A stretch of DNA of 61,074 bases, counting the filler, from a bacterium (GTDB taxonomy: Bacteria; UBP15; UBA6099; JAJRTR01), in assembly GCA_024278215.1 (NCBI GenBank). It is 6 parts of 6 records of this genome, joined end to end, with 100 filler letters (N's around TTAATTAATTAA, not from the genome) between each part and the next. Parts side by side here need not be neighbours in the genome. Positions count along the whole stretch, not along the records: positions 15,230 to 31,595 come from JAJRTR010000119.1; positions 31,696 to 37,859 come from JAJRTR010000121.1; positions 37,960 to 43,183 come from JAJRTR010000122.1; 3 more parts are not named here. One strand, written 5' to 3'. The notes below the pieces were generated by a model. That model did not search any database. It saw only the letters and a list, made by a program, of their open reading frames with translations, and was not told the DNA's origin. Of the stretch, positions 29,109 to 39,227 are shown one piece after another. Numbering within the stretch: position 1 is the first letter of the stretch; every line of letters begins with the position of its first letter. The translations under genes were made by a program, and so were the position numbers.

Positions 29109-31274
29109 ATGACAGAAAAAAGAATAACATATCAAAGAACAGCACCGGAACGGGGATACACGGACCGGGTGTTGCGCGTTGATCTTACGCGCAAAGAAAT
29201 CAAAGTGGAAGAAGTGTCGGCGGAGATGCGTGAGATGTTCGTGGGCGGGCGCGGCTATTGCCTGAAGCTTGTGTTTGACGGAACAAGTGGGGGGACGAAA
29301 TATGACAGCCCTGAAAACGTGCTTGCGCTTGCGGGCGGGCCTTTCTGCGGCGAGACGGGATTCGTGGGTACAGGCAAATTTATTGCCGGCACGATATCGC
29401 CGCTCACCGGCACATTCTGCGATTCCAATGTGGGCGGACATTTCTTTCCTCTGGTGAAGATTTCCGGTTTCGATGCTATCGCAATAACAGGGAAATCCGA
29501 TGAAGATGTTATGCTCGTGATAGACGGTGACGCGGGTGAAGTATTCTTTACTGAAGCGCCTGCAATGGACGGAGCGCTCATCGGGGCGGAGGAACTCGTC
29601 GAAGAATGGCGGGGCGAGGGCAAACAGATAAATGTGGCTTATATAAACGCGGGGAATGGCGCGAAAAACACGTTCTTCGGCTGCATCAACAGCGTATATT
29701 ACGACACGCGCCGCAAGCGCTGCCGCGCCAAGCAGGCGGGCCGCGGCGGCACCGGTACAGTAATGCGCGACAAGGGGCTGTGGGGTGTGCTGGTCAGGTG
29801 CAACGCAAAGAGGGCCGGCTCGAATAGACCTGCGGACCGCGAGCGTGTGCGCCGCGCAGGCAAGAATCTTCGTGATGTTATCCGCGAGGTCGATCCCAAC
29901 TCTATGAGCCTCGGCACACAGGGGACTACGGCGCTGATGGACATGATGAACGCTTTCCACCTGTTGCCGGTCAACAACTACCAGTATGGCGTTGACGAGC
30001 GGGAGAAAGCTGTATCCGGTTTTGTATTTGAAAAAGAATATTTCAAACAGAAAACGCCCGACGGATGCTACATCGGCTGCAATCTGGCGTGCACCAAGGG
30101 TCATGAAAATCATAAGTTGCTCACCGGTCCGTATAAAGGGAAGCGTGTCGGTGTGGACGGCCCCGAATATGAGTCTGCGGCGGCGATGACCAACCTGGGC
30201 GTATTCAGCATTCCGTGGATAATGGAGTTCAACTGGTATTGCGACCAGTACGGTCTGGACACAATAAGTACAGGCGTCACAACAGCATTCGCGTTCGAGG
30301 CGTTCGAGCAGGGCTATCTTGTCGAGGAAGACACGGGCGGGCGCAAGCTCGAATGGGGTAATGCGGAACTTGTGATGGAACTGGTGCATGAGACAGCTGG
30401 TGGCGAGGAGGGTTTCGCATCGGTTCTTGCGCGTGGACTAAGGCGCACGAAACTGTGGATAGCGGACAGGGCATCGAAACGCACCGGGCGTCCTGAATCC
30501 GGAATAATAAACGCGCTGAATGACTTTGCGATGGAGTGCAAAGGGCTCGAGTTCTCTATGTACATCACGAAAGAATCGCTCGCGCAGCAGGGCGGGTACG
30601 GATTTGCGCTTAAGGGCGCGCAGCACGACGAAGCCTGGCTCATAGCGATCGACCAGCTCAACCGGGAACTGCCCGCGTTCGAGAAAAAAGCTGTTGCGCT
30701 AAGGTGGTTTCCGCTGTTCAGAACCTGGTTCAATATCGCCGGACTCTGCAAATTGCCGTGGATCGACGTGAGGAACCCGGAAGCGAAGAATACTCCAATG
30801 CCTGCAAGGAATATGCCGACTGTCGACTACTATATCGAATTTGTGAACGGAACACTCGGCACGGAAAAGACACTCGAAGACCTGCTGCTTGAATCCGAGC
30901 GCAGCTATACGCTGCACAAGCTGATAAATCTGCGTCAGGGGTTCGGCACGCGCGAGCATGATAATATTCCGCTCCGTGCGATGGCCCCGGTTTTTATGAA
31001 TGAATTCCTGTCACGCAAAGAGTATTACGAAGAATATCTCACGGAGCGTGCCGGACTGGACATCGCGGGCAGGAGCGACGAAGAAATGTTGAAAATGCTG
31101 CACGGCGACAGGCGCGAGAGATACGAAAAACTCACGGACGCAGTGTACAGCGAGAAGGGTTACGACGCGAACGGGATTCCAACTGATGAGACAATGAAAA
31201 GGATGGGACTCGACGCGCCGGAATATATGCAGATAGTGCGGGCGGCGCGCAAACGGAGCGGGAACCGGAATTGA
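29109..31274 (+). CDS. Aldehyde:ferredoxin oxidoreductase family (W/Mo-pterin) enzyme
   Basis: ISPLTG...DSNVGG, QAGRGGTGTVM, CYIGCNLAC, GPEYES, CDQYGLDTISTG, KGLE, GLCK, YSEKGYDANGIPT. Start set at the ATG after GGAG. Confidence 0.93.
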   Translation: MTEKRITYQRTAPERGYTDRVLRVDLTRKEIKVEEVSAEMREMFVGGRGYCLKLVFDGTSGGTKYDSPENVLALAGGPFCGETGFVGTGKFIAGTISPLTGTFCDSNVGGHFFPLVKISGFDAIAITGKSDEDVMLVIDGDAGEVFFTEAPAMDGALIGAEELVEEWRGEGKQINVAYINAGNGAKNTFFGCINSVYYDTRRKRCRAKQAGRGGTGTVMRDKGLWGVLVRCNAKRAGSNRPADRERVRRAGKNLRDVIREVDPNSMSLGTQGTTALMDMMNAFHLLPVNNYQYGVDEREKAVSGFVFEKEYFKQKTPDGCYIGCNLACTKGHENHKLLTGPYKGKRVGVDGPEYESAAAMTNLGVFSIPWIMEFNWYCDQYGLDTISTGVTTAFAFEAFEQGYLVEEDTGGRKLEWGNAELVMELVHETAGGEEGFASVLARGLRRTKLWIADRASKRTGRPESGIINALNDFAMECKGLEFSMYITKESLAQQGGYGFALKGAQHDEAWLIAIDQLNRELPAFEKKAVALRWFPLFRTWFNIAGLCKLPWIDVRNPEAKNTPMPARNMPTVDYYIEFVNGTLGTEKTLEDLLLESERSYTLHKLINLRQGFGTREHDNIPLRAMAPVFMNEFLSRKEYYEEYLTERAGLDIAGRSDEEMLKMLHGDRRERYEKLTDAVYSEKGYDANGIPTDETMKRMGLDAPEYMQIVRAARKRSGNRN

Positions 31275-31474
31275 ACTAATCACAATACCTGCTTACTAAC
31301 AGCTCCAACACTGTTTACTATAGCAGAAATGATGCGCAAAAAAGCCTGCATTTATCGCGAATATTGATAACAATACCATGCCAGGCAAACGGTATTGCGG
31401 GTTAGCACTACAACAAAACTTTCGATTTTCACAAGCGAGACGCCTGTGCCACTTTATAACACATCTTTTCAGTA

Positions 31475-31595
31475 GAGCCAATTGCAAAATTATGTTCGTA
31501 GCGAGGTCGAGCGAAATTGTTCAGAGCAAAGCGGAGGTGTAAAATCCTCGCAGGCGTACTTGTAGAGTACGTCGAGGACGATTTTGTGCCGACAA
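31475..31595 (+). mobile_element. Family A repeat truncated by the contig end
   Basis: (TA)GAGCCAATTGCAAAATTATGTTCGTAGCG... Confidence 0.85.
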
Positions 31596-31695
31596 NNNNN
31601 NNNNNNNNNNNNNNNNNNNNNNNNNNNNNNNNNNNNNNNTTAATTAATTAANNNNNNNNNNNNNNNNNNNNNNNNNNNNNNNNNNNNNNNNNNNN

Positions 31696-31791
31696 GTACT
31701 CTGCAAGTACGCCTGCGAGGATTTTACACCTTCGCCTTGCTCTGAACAATTTCGCTCGACCTCGCTACGAACATAATTTTGCAATCGTCTC
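31696..31791 (-). mobile_element. Family A repeat truncated by the contig start
   Basis: Opposite orientation to 31475-31595, so it is a different copy. Confidence 0.85.
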
Positions 31792-31887
31792 ATAAGTAAT
31801 CATTCCGCCGGTTCAGTACTGTGGTTATATAGCGTAATTATACACCCTGCCCGCCGCAGCACAAAGAACCGGGTCAAAAACAATCAC

Positions 31888-31918
31888 AAAAAAAGGGCGC
31901 TGCTGTGAGCGCCCTTTT
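31888..31918 (-). terminator. Intrinsic terminator of the porin gene
   Basis: AAAAGGGCGCT-gctgtg-AGCGCCCTTTT with A/T tracts on both sides, 30 nt after the stop. Confidence 0.85.
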
Positions 31919-31948
31919 CATGTTAATGTCGGATCAGTTCCGAAGAGC

Positions 31949-33007
31949 TTAGAAACTGATTGAAAGCTGCATATCGAGATTGTTGTTATCGTCTCCGTCG
32001 ACGAATTCATACATCGTCTGGAGGCGGGCATTCTTCTCGAAGTTCCAGTTGATGCCAACGGTTGTGATTTCGTTGTCGCCTTCAGTGTTGGTGACATTGT
32101 CTTCATCCTGTGCCCAGTCGTAGCGGACAACAGCCTGCAGGTCGGTCTGGGGGATCAGGTATGAAAGGTGAATGTATGCCTGTGACAGATCATCATCCGA
32201 TGTCGTAACACCGGCTGTATTCTGCATGGTAACGCTGGCGAGGTTGTATTCACCGAAAAGGTGGAAACCACTGTATACCCAGTCGAGTACGAAGCCATAA
32301 GCATCGACATCCGGGCTGGTAAGAGTTTCGTCTTCAGTCATACCCCAGATTTTGAGGCCGAGGCTTTCGGTCGGGCTGTAGTCGAACTGCACGCCGTACT
32401 GAGATTTGTCGTCGTTGTCGTTGCTCGCGCCTGTGATGGCGGTCATCGACTGGCCTGCGGCGTTGCTGCTGCTGCCGTTTGTGATCCATGCAGCCCATCC
32501 GAACTGTGTTGTGGGTTCACCCATTGCCATGAATCCGCGGTCCCTTACACCGAATGTGCCAATACCCTGCGTGTAGTTGATCGTTTCGAGATCAAATTCC
32601 GGGGTATTGAGTTCGTAGCTGTTGGGAAGCGCGAACTGGCCGACACGAAGTGTCATCCAGTCGAGATATGAAATATCCGCATAGAGGTCCACCACTCTGC
32701 TGTCTGCAACACCATCGCTGATGGCATTACGAGAGCCAGCTGCGCCGTTGGCGCCGTTCGAGGTATTGTCTGTGCCTTCGAGCTGGGCATATACGCTTAC
32801 GTTTTCCGCGGGCTGCGCCGAGAATATAAGCCTGAGCCTCTGGGTGTCAAGCTGGTCGTTTCTGCCGTTCTGTTCACTCCATGAATAGTTAAACTGTGCG
32901 AGACCCGAGATGTCCAGGTCCATTTCACTTACGGGCACCGCCTGCGCCGCTGTCGAAAACGCCGCGATTGAGAACGCTGCCAGTCCTGCCATTAGAATCT
33001 TTTTCAT
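31949..33007 (-). CDS. Outer-membrane porin (OprO/OprP-like beta-barrel)
   Basis: Sec signal peptide (AAQA), ISGLAQF, LRVGQFALP, RDRG, alternating beta-strands, C-terminal Phe (QLSISF); strong RBS. Confidence 0.85.
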   Translation of the reverse strand: MKKILMAGLAAFSIAAFSTAAQAVPVSEMDLDISGLAQFNYSWSEQNGRNDQLDTQRLRLIFSAQPAENVSVYAQLEGTDNTSNGANGAAGSRNAISDGVADSRVVDLYADISYLDWMTLRVGQFALPNSYELNTPEFDLETINYTQGIGTFGVRDRGFMAMGEPTTQFGWAAWITNGSSSNAAGQSMTAITGASNDNDDKSQYGVQFDYSPTESLGLKIWGMTEDETLTSPDVDAYGFVLDWVYSGFHLFGEYNLASVTMQNTAGVTTSDDDLSQAYIHLSYLIPQTDLQAVVRYDWAQDEDNVTNTEGDNEITTVGINWNFEKNARLQTMYEFVDGDDNNNLDMQLSISF

Positions 33008-33613
33008 AAATTCCTCCTTGGAAAATCGAAATGGATATCCGCGGAATTTTCCAGGCGAGTTTCACTTGTGCAAGTTGCCTTGTTTCCTTGCCCTGTGCAT
33101 TTCACCCTGATTCCGCTTACTATCTTTTAAACGTACGGCCCATTGCCGTCTACGGCTTTTATCCAAGGGTTCACCTCCTTACCTTGCCGGACAGGTTTTA
33201 TTGGGCCTGGTTTTTCTGGTTTCATTCCTCCATTTTGTAATATTATCCATTTATTATCCGATACTTAACATTTACTATTGCCAGTTTTTGGGCAAAAAAT
33301 CAGATTAAAGTCCGATCTGCAAAGGATATATATCTTTTTTCCGCCAAATTTCTACCCTATCCTTTTATTTCCTCTCTTTTTCTATTCGATGTACCTGTTT
33401 TATTTCCGGCATTTCCGCATTTTCTAAGCTTGTATTTGATCGCTGCCTATCGTATTATATTTTAATAAACAGTTGCTGTTTTGTCATTATTTTCAGAAGG
33501 ATTCGACCCTGAAAATGCTTCTAAAAAAAATATTATTATGCAAATTGTTGTTTAAAGTTATCTATAGTGCTTAAATACGATCAAAATCGCCTTATGTAAA
33601 ATTGGAGCGCTTA

Positions 33614-35005
33614 ATGAATAATACTTCTTCAAACAGGGTCATGATCATCGGCCTTGACTGCGCCGCCCCGCAGCTTGTGTTCGATCAATTCCTGCCGCAC
33701 TTGCCGAATATTGAAAAAATAATGAAAAAAGGTGTTTTTGGAGAATTGCGAAGCACGATTCCGCCTATTACCTGCCCGGCCTGGATGTGCATGGTTTCCG
33801 GCAAAGACCCCGGAACACTTGGTATATACGGTTTCAGGAATCGCAGGGACTACACTTACGACGGTCTTTCCATAGCCAATTCGACAGCCGTAAAAGAACC
33901 CCTGCTGTGGGATATCCTGGGCGCGAACGACAAAAAGAACATCCTTATAGGTGTGCCCCAGACATATCCGCCGCGCGAGATCAACGGAATAATGGTTACT
34001 TCTTTTCTCACGCCGGGCACGGACAGCGAATACACGTATCCGCCTGAATTCAAGAAAGAAATAAATGAAGTGGTGGACGGTTACATGCTGGATGTGGACG
34101 GTTTCCGCACAGAGGATAAGGAAAGGCTGCTGGTGCAGATACACCGGATGACGGCGAAGCGGTTCCAACTGGCGAAATATATGGCGAAAACGAAACCGTG
34201 GGACTTTTTCATGATGGTCGAGATGGGCACAGACCGCCTGCATCACGGCTTCTGGAAGTACTGCGACCCGCAACACCCGAAGCATGAGCCGGGCAACATG
34301 CTCGAGAAGGCAATGTTGAAGTACTACGCGCGGCTCGACGGTTTTGTGGGAGAACTGATCGAATGCGCGGGCGACGACGCTGCTGTCATGATCGTGTCGG
34401 ACCACGGCGCGAAGAGGATGCTGGGCGGGATATGCTTCAACGAATGGCTGATGCAGGAGGGCTACCTGACGCTCAAGAGCAAACCGGACGGCGTCGTGAG
34501 GCTGGACAAATGCGAGATTGACTGGTCGCGCACCAGGGCGTGGGGCGACGGTGGTTACTATGGCCGGTTGTTCATCAATGTGCAGGGCCGCGAACCGCGG
34601 GGCATCGTTCCGGCGGCGCAGTACGAGTCGTTTCGCGCGGAATTGACAGAGAAAATCGAAGCGATGCGGGACGAAGAGGGAAAACCGCTGGGGAACCGTG
34701 TCTACCGCGCCGAAGAAATATACAGCAGATGTGAAAACATACCGCCGGACCTGATTGTGTATTTCGGCGACCTGGACTGGCGCTCGGTCGGTAGTGTGGG
34801 GCTCGGCTCGGTGTATACTTATGAAAACGACACGGGGCCCGACGACGCGAATCACGCGCAGCACGGTATTTTTATACTCGGCGGCGCGGGCGTCGAGCCG
34901 CTCGGAAGACTCGAAGGACTCGATATCCTTGACGTCGCGCCGACTGTGCTTAAACTGATGGGAATGCAGATTCCAGCCGATATGAAGGGGAAATCGATAA
35001 TCTGA
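33614..35005 (+). CDS. AlkP-superfamily type I phosphodiesterase/nucleotide pyrophosphatase family protein
   Basis: IIGLDCA, STIPPITCPAW...GKDPG...GIYGF, DRLHHGFW, VSDHG, DDANHAQHGIF, DVAPTVL. Confidence 0.9.
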   Translation: MNNTSSNRVMIIGLDCAAPQLVFDQFLPHLPNIEKIMKKGVFGELRSTIPPITCPAWMCMVSGKDPGTLGIYGFRNRRDYTYDGLSIANSTAVKEPLLWDILGANDKKNILIGVPQTYPPREINGIMVTSFLTPGTDSEYTYPPEFKKEINEVVDGYMLDVDGFRTEDKERLLVQIHRMTAKRFQLAKYMAKTKPWDFFMMVEMGTDRLHHGFWKYCDPQHPKHEPGNMLEKAMLKYYARLDGFVGELIECAGDDAAVMIVSDHGAKRMLGGICFNEWLMQEGYLTLKSKPDGVVRLDKCEIDWSRTRAWGDGGYYGRLFINVQGREPRGIVPAAQYESFRAELTEKIEAMRDEEGKPLGNRVYRAEEIYSRCENIPPDLIVYFGDLDWRSVGSVGLGSVYTYENDTGPDDANHAQHGIFILGGAGVEPLGRLEGLDILDVAPTVLKLMGMQIPADMKGKSII

Positions 35006-35013
35006 AGGAACAC

Positions 35014-35218
35014 TAGCCCGCATATTTCACAAATGCGGGTGAAAAACCGGAAGAATACCCATAATACAAGGCGCGGCAAGTGAGTGGTGAGGGAGCAGCC
35101 GGCCAGCCGGCCTCTTGCGCAAAATGCAGGTATGTGACCGATCCCGAAGCTCCGCCGCAACACAGTAGAATAGGCGTTATCCCGATTTTCCGGATTTCTT
35201 TGTGAGAAATCCGGGCTA
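35014..35218 (-). mobile_element. Family B element, complete, TA-flanked, lying inside a probable operon
   Basis: TA-GCCCGCATATTTCACAAA...TTTGTGAGAAATCCGGGC-TA: imperfect TIR, and each end is itself a hairpin. Confidence 0.8.
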
Positions 35219-35247
35219 ACATTCGCGGCGGAAAGGTAAAAACATCA

Positions 35248-35859
35248 ATGCACAACAAAGGTTACACTATATGGTTTACGGGACTTTCGGGTTCGGGAAA
35301 AACGACAGTGTCGAAAGTCCTGGAAAAAATGCTTGGAGACCTCGGTGTGGAAAAAATGGAGGTGCTCGACGGCGACATAATCAGGGATAACTTCAGCAAA
35401 GGACTGACATTCTCAAAGGAAGACCGTAATACAAATGTATTGCGCGTGGGGTTCGTGTGTCACCTGCTGTCGAGAAATGGCATAGTGGCAATCGCGGCTC
35501 TTATTTCTCCTTACCGCGAAGCGCGCCGCAAGAACCGCGTGCTGATCGGTGATTATGTCGAGGTTTTTGTCGACACTCCGCTTGAGGAATGCGAGAAGAG
35601 GGACCCCAAGGGACTGTACAAAAAGGCGCGTGCAGGCGAGATAGAGAATTTTACCGGCATATCGGACCCTTATGAACCGCCGGTCTCTCCGGATGTGCGG
35701 CTCGACACGGTAGATAATTCTCCTGAAGAATGTGCGGCTGTAATCATCGACAAACTTGCTGAACTCGGCTATATCGAATCAAAAAAATCCGGCGGGGTTT
35801 ATTCGGAAGAAGAGGAAGCGACCGTAAGGAAACGTCTCGAAGACCTCGGTTACATTTGA
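35248..35859 (+). CDS. cysC: Adenylyl-sulfate (APS) kinase with a C-terminal extension
   Basis: WFTGLSGSGKTT, LDGDIIR, ISPY, RDPKGLYKKARAGEIENFTGISDPYEPP. Confidence 0.96.
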   Translation: MHNKGYTIWFTGLSGSGKTTVSKVLEKMLGDLGVEKMEVLDGDIIRDNFSKGLTFSKEDRNTNVLRVGFVCHLLSRNGIVAIAALISPYREARRKNRVLIGDYVEVFVDTPLEECEKRDPKGLYKKARAGEIENFTGISDPYEPPVSPDVRLDTVDNSPEECAAVIIDKLAELGYIESKKSGGVYSEEEEATVRKRLEDLGYI

Positions 35860-36056
35860 TTGCAGCAACGCGCCGGCATCCTTTCGTGTTAAACCTTCTT
35901 TGATTGTCACTGCATCTCAGGGGTATGGTTACCTGATTTCTTGTACGTGTAATGTTGACATTTCGTGCAACCGCTGTGCTATGGAAAGTTTGCAATGAAG
36001 AAATGCGTTAATATATGCAGTAATTTCATGGAATAATACGTCAGGATAAAAGCTGA

Positions 36057-37208
36057 ATGAAAAAAATCAGGGTTCTTCAATATATATCCACCGCGGAGGT
36101 CGGTGGGGTCGAACTGCGAACTGTTGATTTTATGAAGAGGATGGATCAGGAACAGTTTCATCTCGAGACCCTTTTCTTCGGCGGTCCCGGCCAGGCGGGA
36201 AAAGAATATGAAAAACACTTCGAGACTGCCTACCTGAATGCAAAGGTGGGGCCGGGCGCGATTGCCGTTCCGTTCAGGTTGCGACGGATGATAGTGGAAA
36301 AGAAGTTCGATATAATACATGCTTATGGATTCAGGGCGGTGCTTTCCGCCCGGCTCGCGGCAGCCGGGTTCAGAGGGTGCAGGGTGATAACCGCGCTCGA
36401 GGGAAAGATTCCGTTCGACACACCGGGCAGGCTGTTATTTGCGCTGGATAAGGCAACGCTGGCGTTGACGGAATTGATACTTGCAAATTCGCGGGCGGCT
36501 GTCGAGCACCTGGTTTCTCTGGGCTATCCCGAGGACAAGTTTGTGTATATCGCAAACGGAATAGAGGTGCCGGAACAGTTGGAATATGCCGACGAAGAAA
36601 CGCGAACGCGTGTTCTTGACGGTTATGGTGTGAGGAGAGCGCCTGAAGACAGGATAGTTATATGCGTGGCCAACCTGAGGGCGGTGAAAGGACATAAGTA
36701 TCTGCTGGAAGCACTGTGCAGGCTTGCCGGGGTGTGCCCGGATTTCAGGGCGTTGCTGGTTGGCGAGGACCAGGATGATATGGGCGGCAGCCTGATGGAG
36801 AAGGCGCGAGGGGCGGGGCTGGGAGAACGGGTTTTCCTGATGGGTGCAAGGAGTGTGGACGAGGTAATGGAATTGTTGAGAGTGTCGGATGTTTTTGTTC
36901 TGGCGTCGTTGATGGAGGGTATGCCGGGCAGCATACTCGAGGCGATGGCCGCGGGACTTCCCGTTGTGGCGACGGATGTCGGGGGGGTTGCCGAACTGGT
37001 GGTGGATGGAGAAACGGGCCGCCTTGTGCAGGCGGCGCGCCCGGATGAAATGAGCCAGGCTCTGGAAAAGTTCCTGGCCGATGCTAATATAAGAAAAGAC
37101 TTTGGGCAAAAAGGATACAACAGGGTAAAAAAAGTTTTCAATATTGATGATCGAACTGTGAAGATACAGGACGTTTATAGAGAGTTGGCCGCCGGACGGT
37201 TTTCTTGA
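36057..37208 (+). CDS. Glycosyltransferase family 4
   Basis: GGVE, IANGI, VANLRAVKGH, SLMEGMPGSILEAMAAGLPVVATDVGG. Confidence 0.93.
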   Translation: MKKIRVLQYISTAEVGGVELRTVDFMKRMDQEQFHLETLFFGGPGQAGKEYEKHFETAYLNAKVGPGAIAVPFRLRRMIVEKKFDIIHAYGFRAVLSARLAAAGFRGCRVITALEGKIPFDTPGRLLFALDKATLALTELILANSRAAVEHLVSLGYPEDKFVYIANGIEVPEQLEYADEETRTRVLDGYGVRRAPEDRIVICVANLRAVKGHKYLLEALCRLAGVCPDFRALLVGEDQDDMGGSLMEKARGAGLGERVFLMGARSVDEVMELLRVSDVFVLASLMEGMPGSILEAMAAGLPVVATDVGGVAELVVDGETGRLVQAARPDEMSQALEKFLADANIRKDFGQKGYNRVKKVFNIDDRTVKIQDVYRELAAGRFS

Positions 37209-37257
37209 TTTCGGACGATTGTATCGAGTTAGACGTGAAGCGAAAGGCAGTTGATAA

Positions 37258-37859
37258 ATGCACAGAAATCCCCTTTCTATTATAGGGCGAGTTGCCGGAA
37301 AGATCGGTCGAATCCCGGGCGTGCTCGCGCGAAACGGATTAAAACGCTCTCTTTTTATTACATACGTTTATTTGTTCGAACCTGGAGTCACGGCAGTTCT
37401 TCCATTGTATGTCCGTTTGCAGAGAAAAGCGAAGACTATGAGTCGAGAGCGGCGCGCCGCCGCGTCGATTCGGAGCTGGTCGGCCCGGAAAGATGAGATC
37501 ACCGCTGCCACAGCCGCCCCGCGTGTCCCGGCGCGCGAACTGGGCCTGGAGACCGGCATGATCGAAAAACTCACGGCGGCTATGAAGAGCGCACGGGAGG
37601 TCGTCATAGCCGATATTGATCAGGACGGTTTTTTCCTGTCTCGTTTCGGCCCGATAAGCGGCTTGCCGTGCATCTGCGAAGATCGTTTCATGCGACGAAA
37701 ACGGTTTGTGCTCGAGCTGGTCGCGGTCGACGGCGCGACAGGCGTGAAAAAACATTATAACGGGTGCCTGCTGTCGTTTCTCAACGAACTCGAGGCCCTG
37801 CACGCGCTGGGCCGGGCCGGTTGCAACGTGCCCGCGGTCCTCGATGCCGACTTCGATAA
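37258..37859 (+). CDS. N-terminal part of a kinase-methyltransferase fusion (cut by the contig end; continues at 50533)
   Basis: Kinase N-lobe features GVKKHY (beta3 Lys), FLNELEALHAL (alphaC Glu) and VPAVLDAD; frame is open up to the gap. Confidence 0.75.
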
Positions 37860-37959
37860 NNNNNNNNNNNNNNNNNNNNNNNNNNNNNNNNNNNNNNNNN
37901 NNNTTAATTAATTAANNNNNNNNNNNNNNNNNNNNNNNNNNNNNNNNNNNNNNNNNNNN

Positions 37960-38084
37960 AAGGCGGAGGTGCAAAATCCCCGCAGGCGTACTTGTAGAGT
38001 ACGTCGAGGATGATTTTGTGCCGACAACGCAGCTGTTAACAATTGCAGCCGACCGTAGCCGAATCAGAATTTTGCAACTGGCTC
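37960..38084 (+). mobile_element. Family A repeat truncated by the contig start
   Basis: Ends ATTTTGCAACTGGCTC. Confidence 0.85.
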
Positions 38085-38110
38085 GACAGGAGCAGTTTTT
38101 CGTTCAGCCG

Positions 38111-38986
38111 CTAATTTATCCAGGATACAGGAATCTGCCTGTGCGGGATTGTTCTCTGGTAGCGGAATACGGGCCAGCCGATAATGACAGCGGCGTGCAA
38201 AGAGTTTTTCAGCGGCACTTTCAACTGACGTTTTATCCACGGGTCGATCTTTGCCGCGCCGACAACCATGCCGATCCATGTCGCGCCGAGACCGCGCGCA
38301 TTCGCGGCCAGCATTATATGGTCGAGCGCAATGACACAATCGTCTTTGCCGGTAGCGACACCGGGCGCGGTGTGTGCGACAATCAGTACGGGCGCATTGC
38401 GAAGTATCAGTTTTCTTTTCTCAGGGTTCGATTCCCTGAATCGCTCGAAAAGGCGGACAGCCGATTCGATTTCCTTAGCCGTGTCGGTACCGGCGATTGT
38501 TTTAATAAGCTGTTTTGCAAGCTTTCCGTCAAGGATTCCCACGAGGCTTTCGAAGGTGTTGAAAATTCTTTTATCAATACTGTTTATCCGGTTCCTGTTT
38601 GTGACAATCGTCAACTGTGTTCCCCGGTCATTGTGGCCGGTAGGCGCGTGCGCCGCGACGGCGGTAATTTCTTCGAGCAGGTCCCACGGAACGGCTTTGT
38701 TTTTGAATTCCCTTATGCTGCGGCGGCGCTCGAGCAGCCTTTCGAGTGCGGCGGGCGATGCCGGTTGTGTTTTAGTGATCTTCTGGAAATCTTCAATAGG
38801 AAACTCGCTGCATGTCACTGCTTCTTCAGGACATATTGCGACGCAGTGATAACATTTGATACATGAGTCGGCATGAACGAATTTGACTTTATCGCCGACC
38901 TTTTCGATGACGAGCGCCGGACAGACTTCCACACATCTTCCGCACGCCACACATTTTCCGCTGTCTATTTTTATCATTCTTTTCAC
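38111..38986 (-). CDS. Nitroreductase family protein with an N-terminal 2x[4Fe-4S] ferredoxin domain
   Basis: CVACGRCVEVCP and CIKCYHCVAICP; RRSIREF, APTGHN, GLGATW. Confidence 0.93.
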   Translation of the reverse strand: MKRMIKIDSGKCVACGRCVEVCPALVIEKVGDKVKFVHADSCIKCYHCVAICPEEAVTCSEFPIEDFQKITKTQPASPAALERLLERRRSIREFKNKAVPWDLLEEITAVAAHAPTGHNDRGTQLTIVTNRNRINSIDKRIFNTFESLVGILDGKLAKQLIKTIAGTDTAKEIESAVRLFERFRESNPEKRKLILRNAPVLIVAHTAPGVATGKDDCVIALDHIMLAANARGLGATWIGMVVGAAKIDPWIKRQLKVPLKNSLHAAVIIGWPVFRYQRTIPHRQIPVSWIN

Positions 38987-39009
38987 CCCTGAAATATGTG
39001 ATGATTATC

Positions 39010-39064
39010 GAGCCGATTGTAAAATTCAGATTCGGCTGCTACGAACATAATTTGCAATCGGCTC
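39010..39064 (-). mobile_element. Family A mini-derivative consisting only of the two ends (55 bp)
   Basis: GAGCCGATTGTAAAATTCAGATTCGGCTGC joined to TACGAACATAATTTGCAATCGGCTC. Confidence 0.75.
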
Positions 39065-39227
39065 CGCTCTATATATGACTTTAATCATTTACTCGCAAGA
39101 CGGCAACATCATTTCAGAGATATGGATATGCGATGCAGGTGCGGCCCCCGGATAATACATCACAACTTGCCGATTCGCCGGCTGCATGATAGCATAAGCT
39201 TATAGATGGTAGTCACTGGAGAAAAAT

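Noticed and set aside
25234-35023. Long antisense ORFs (25234-26580, 29031-30389, 33629-35023; likewise 47083-47892, 50481-51482)
   Set aside because: They lie opposite well-supported genes and have no motifs; expected shadows of codon bias.
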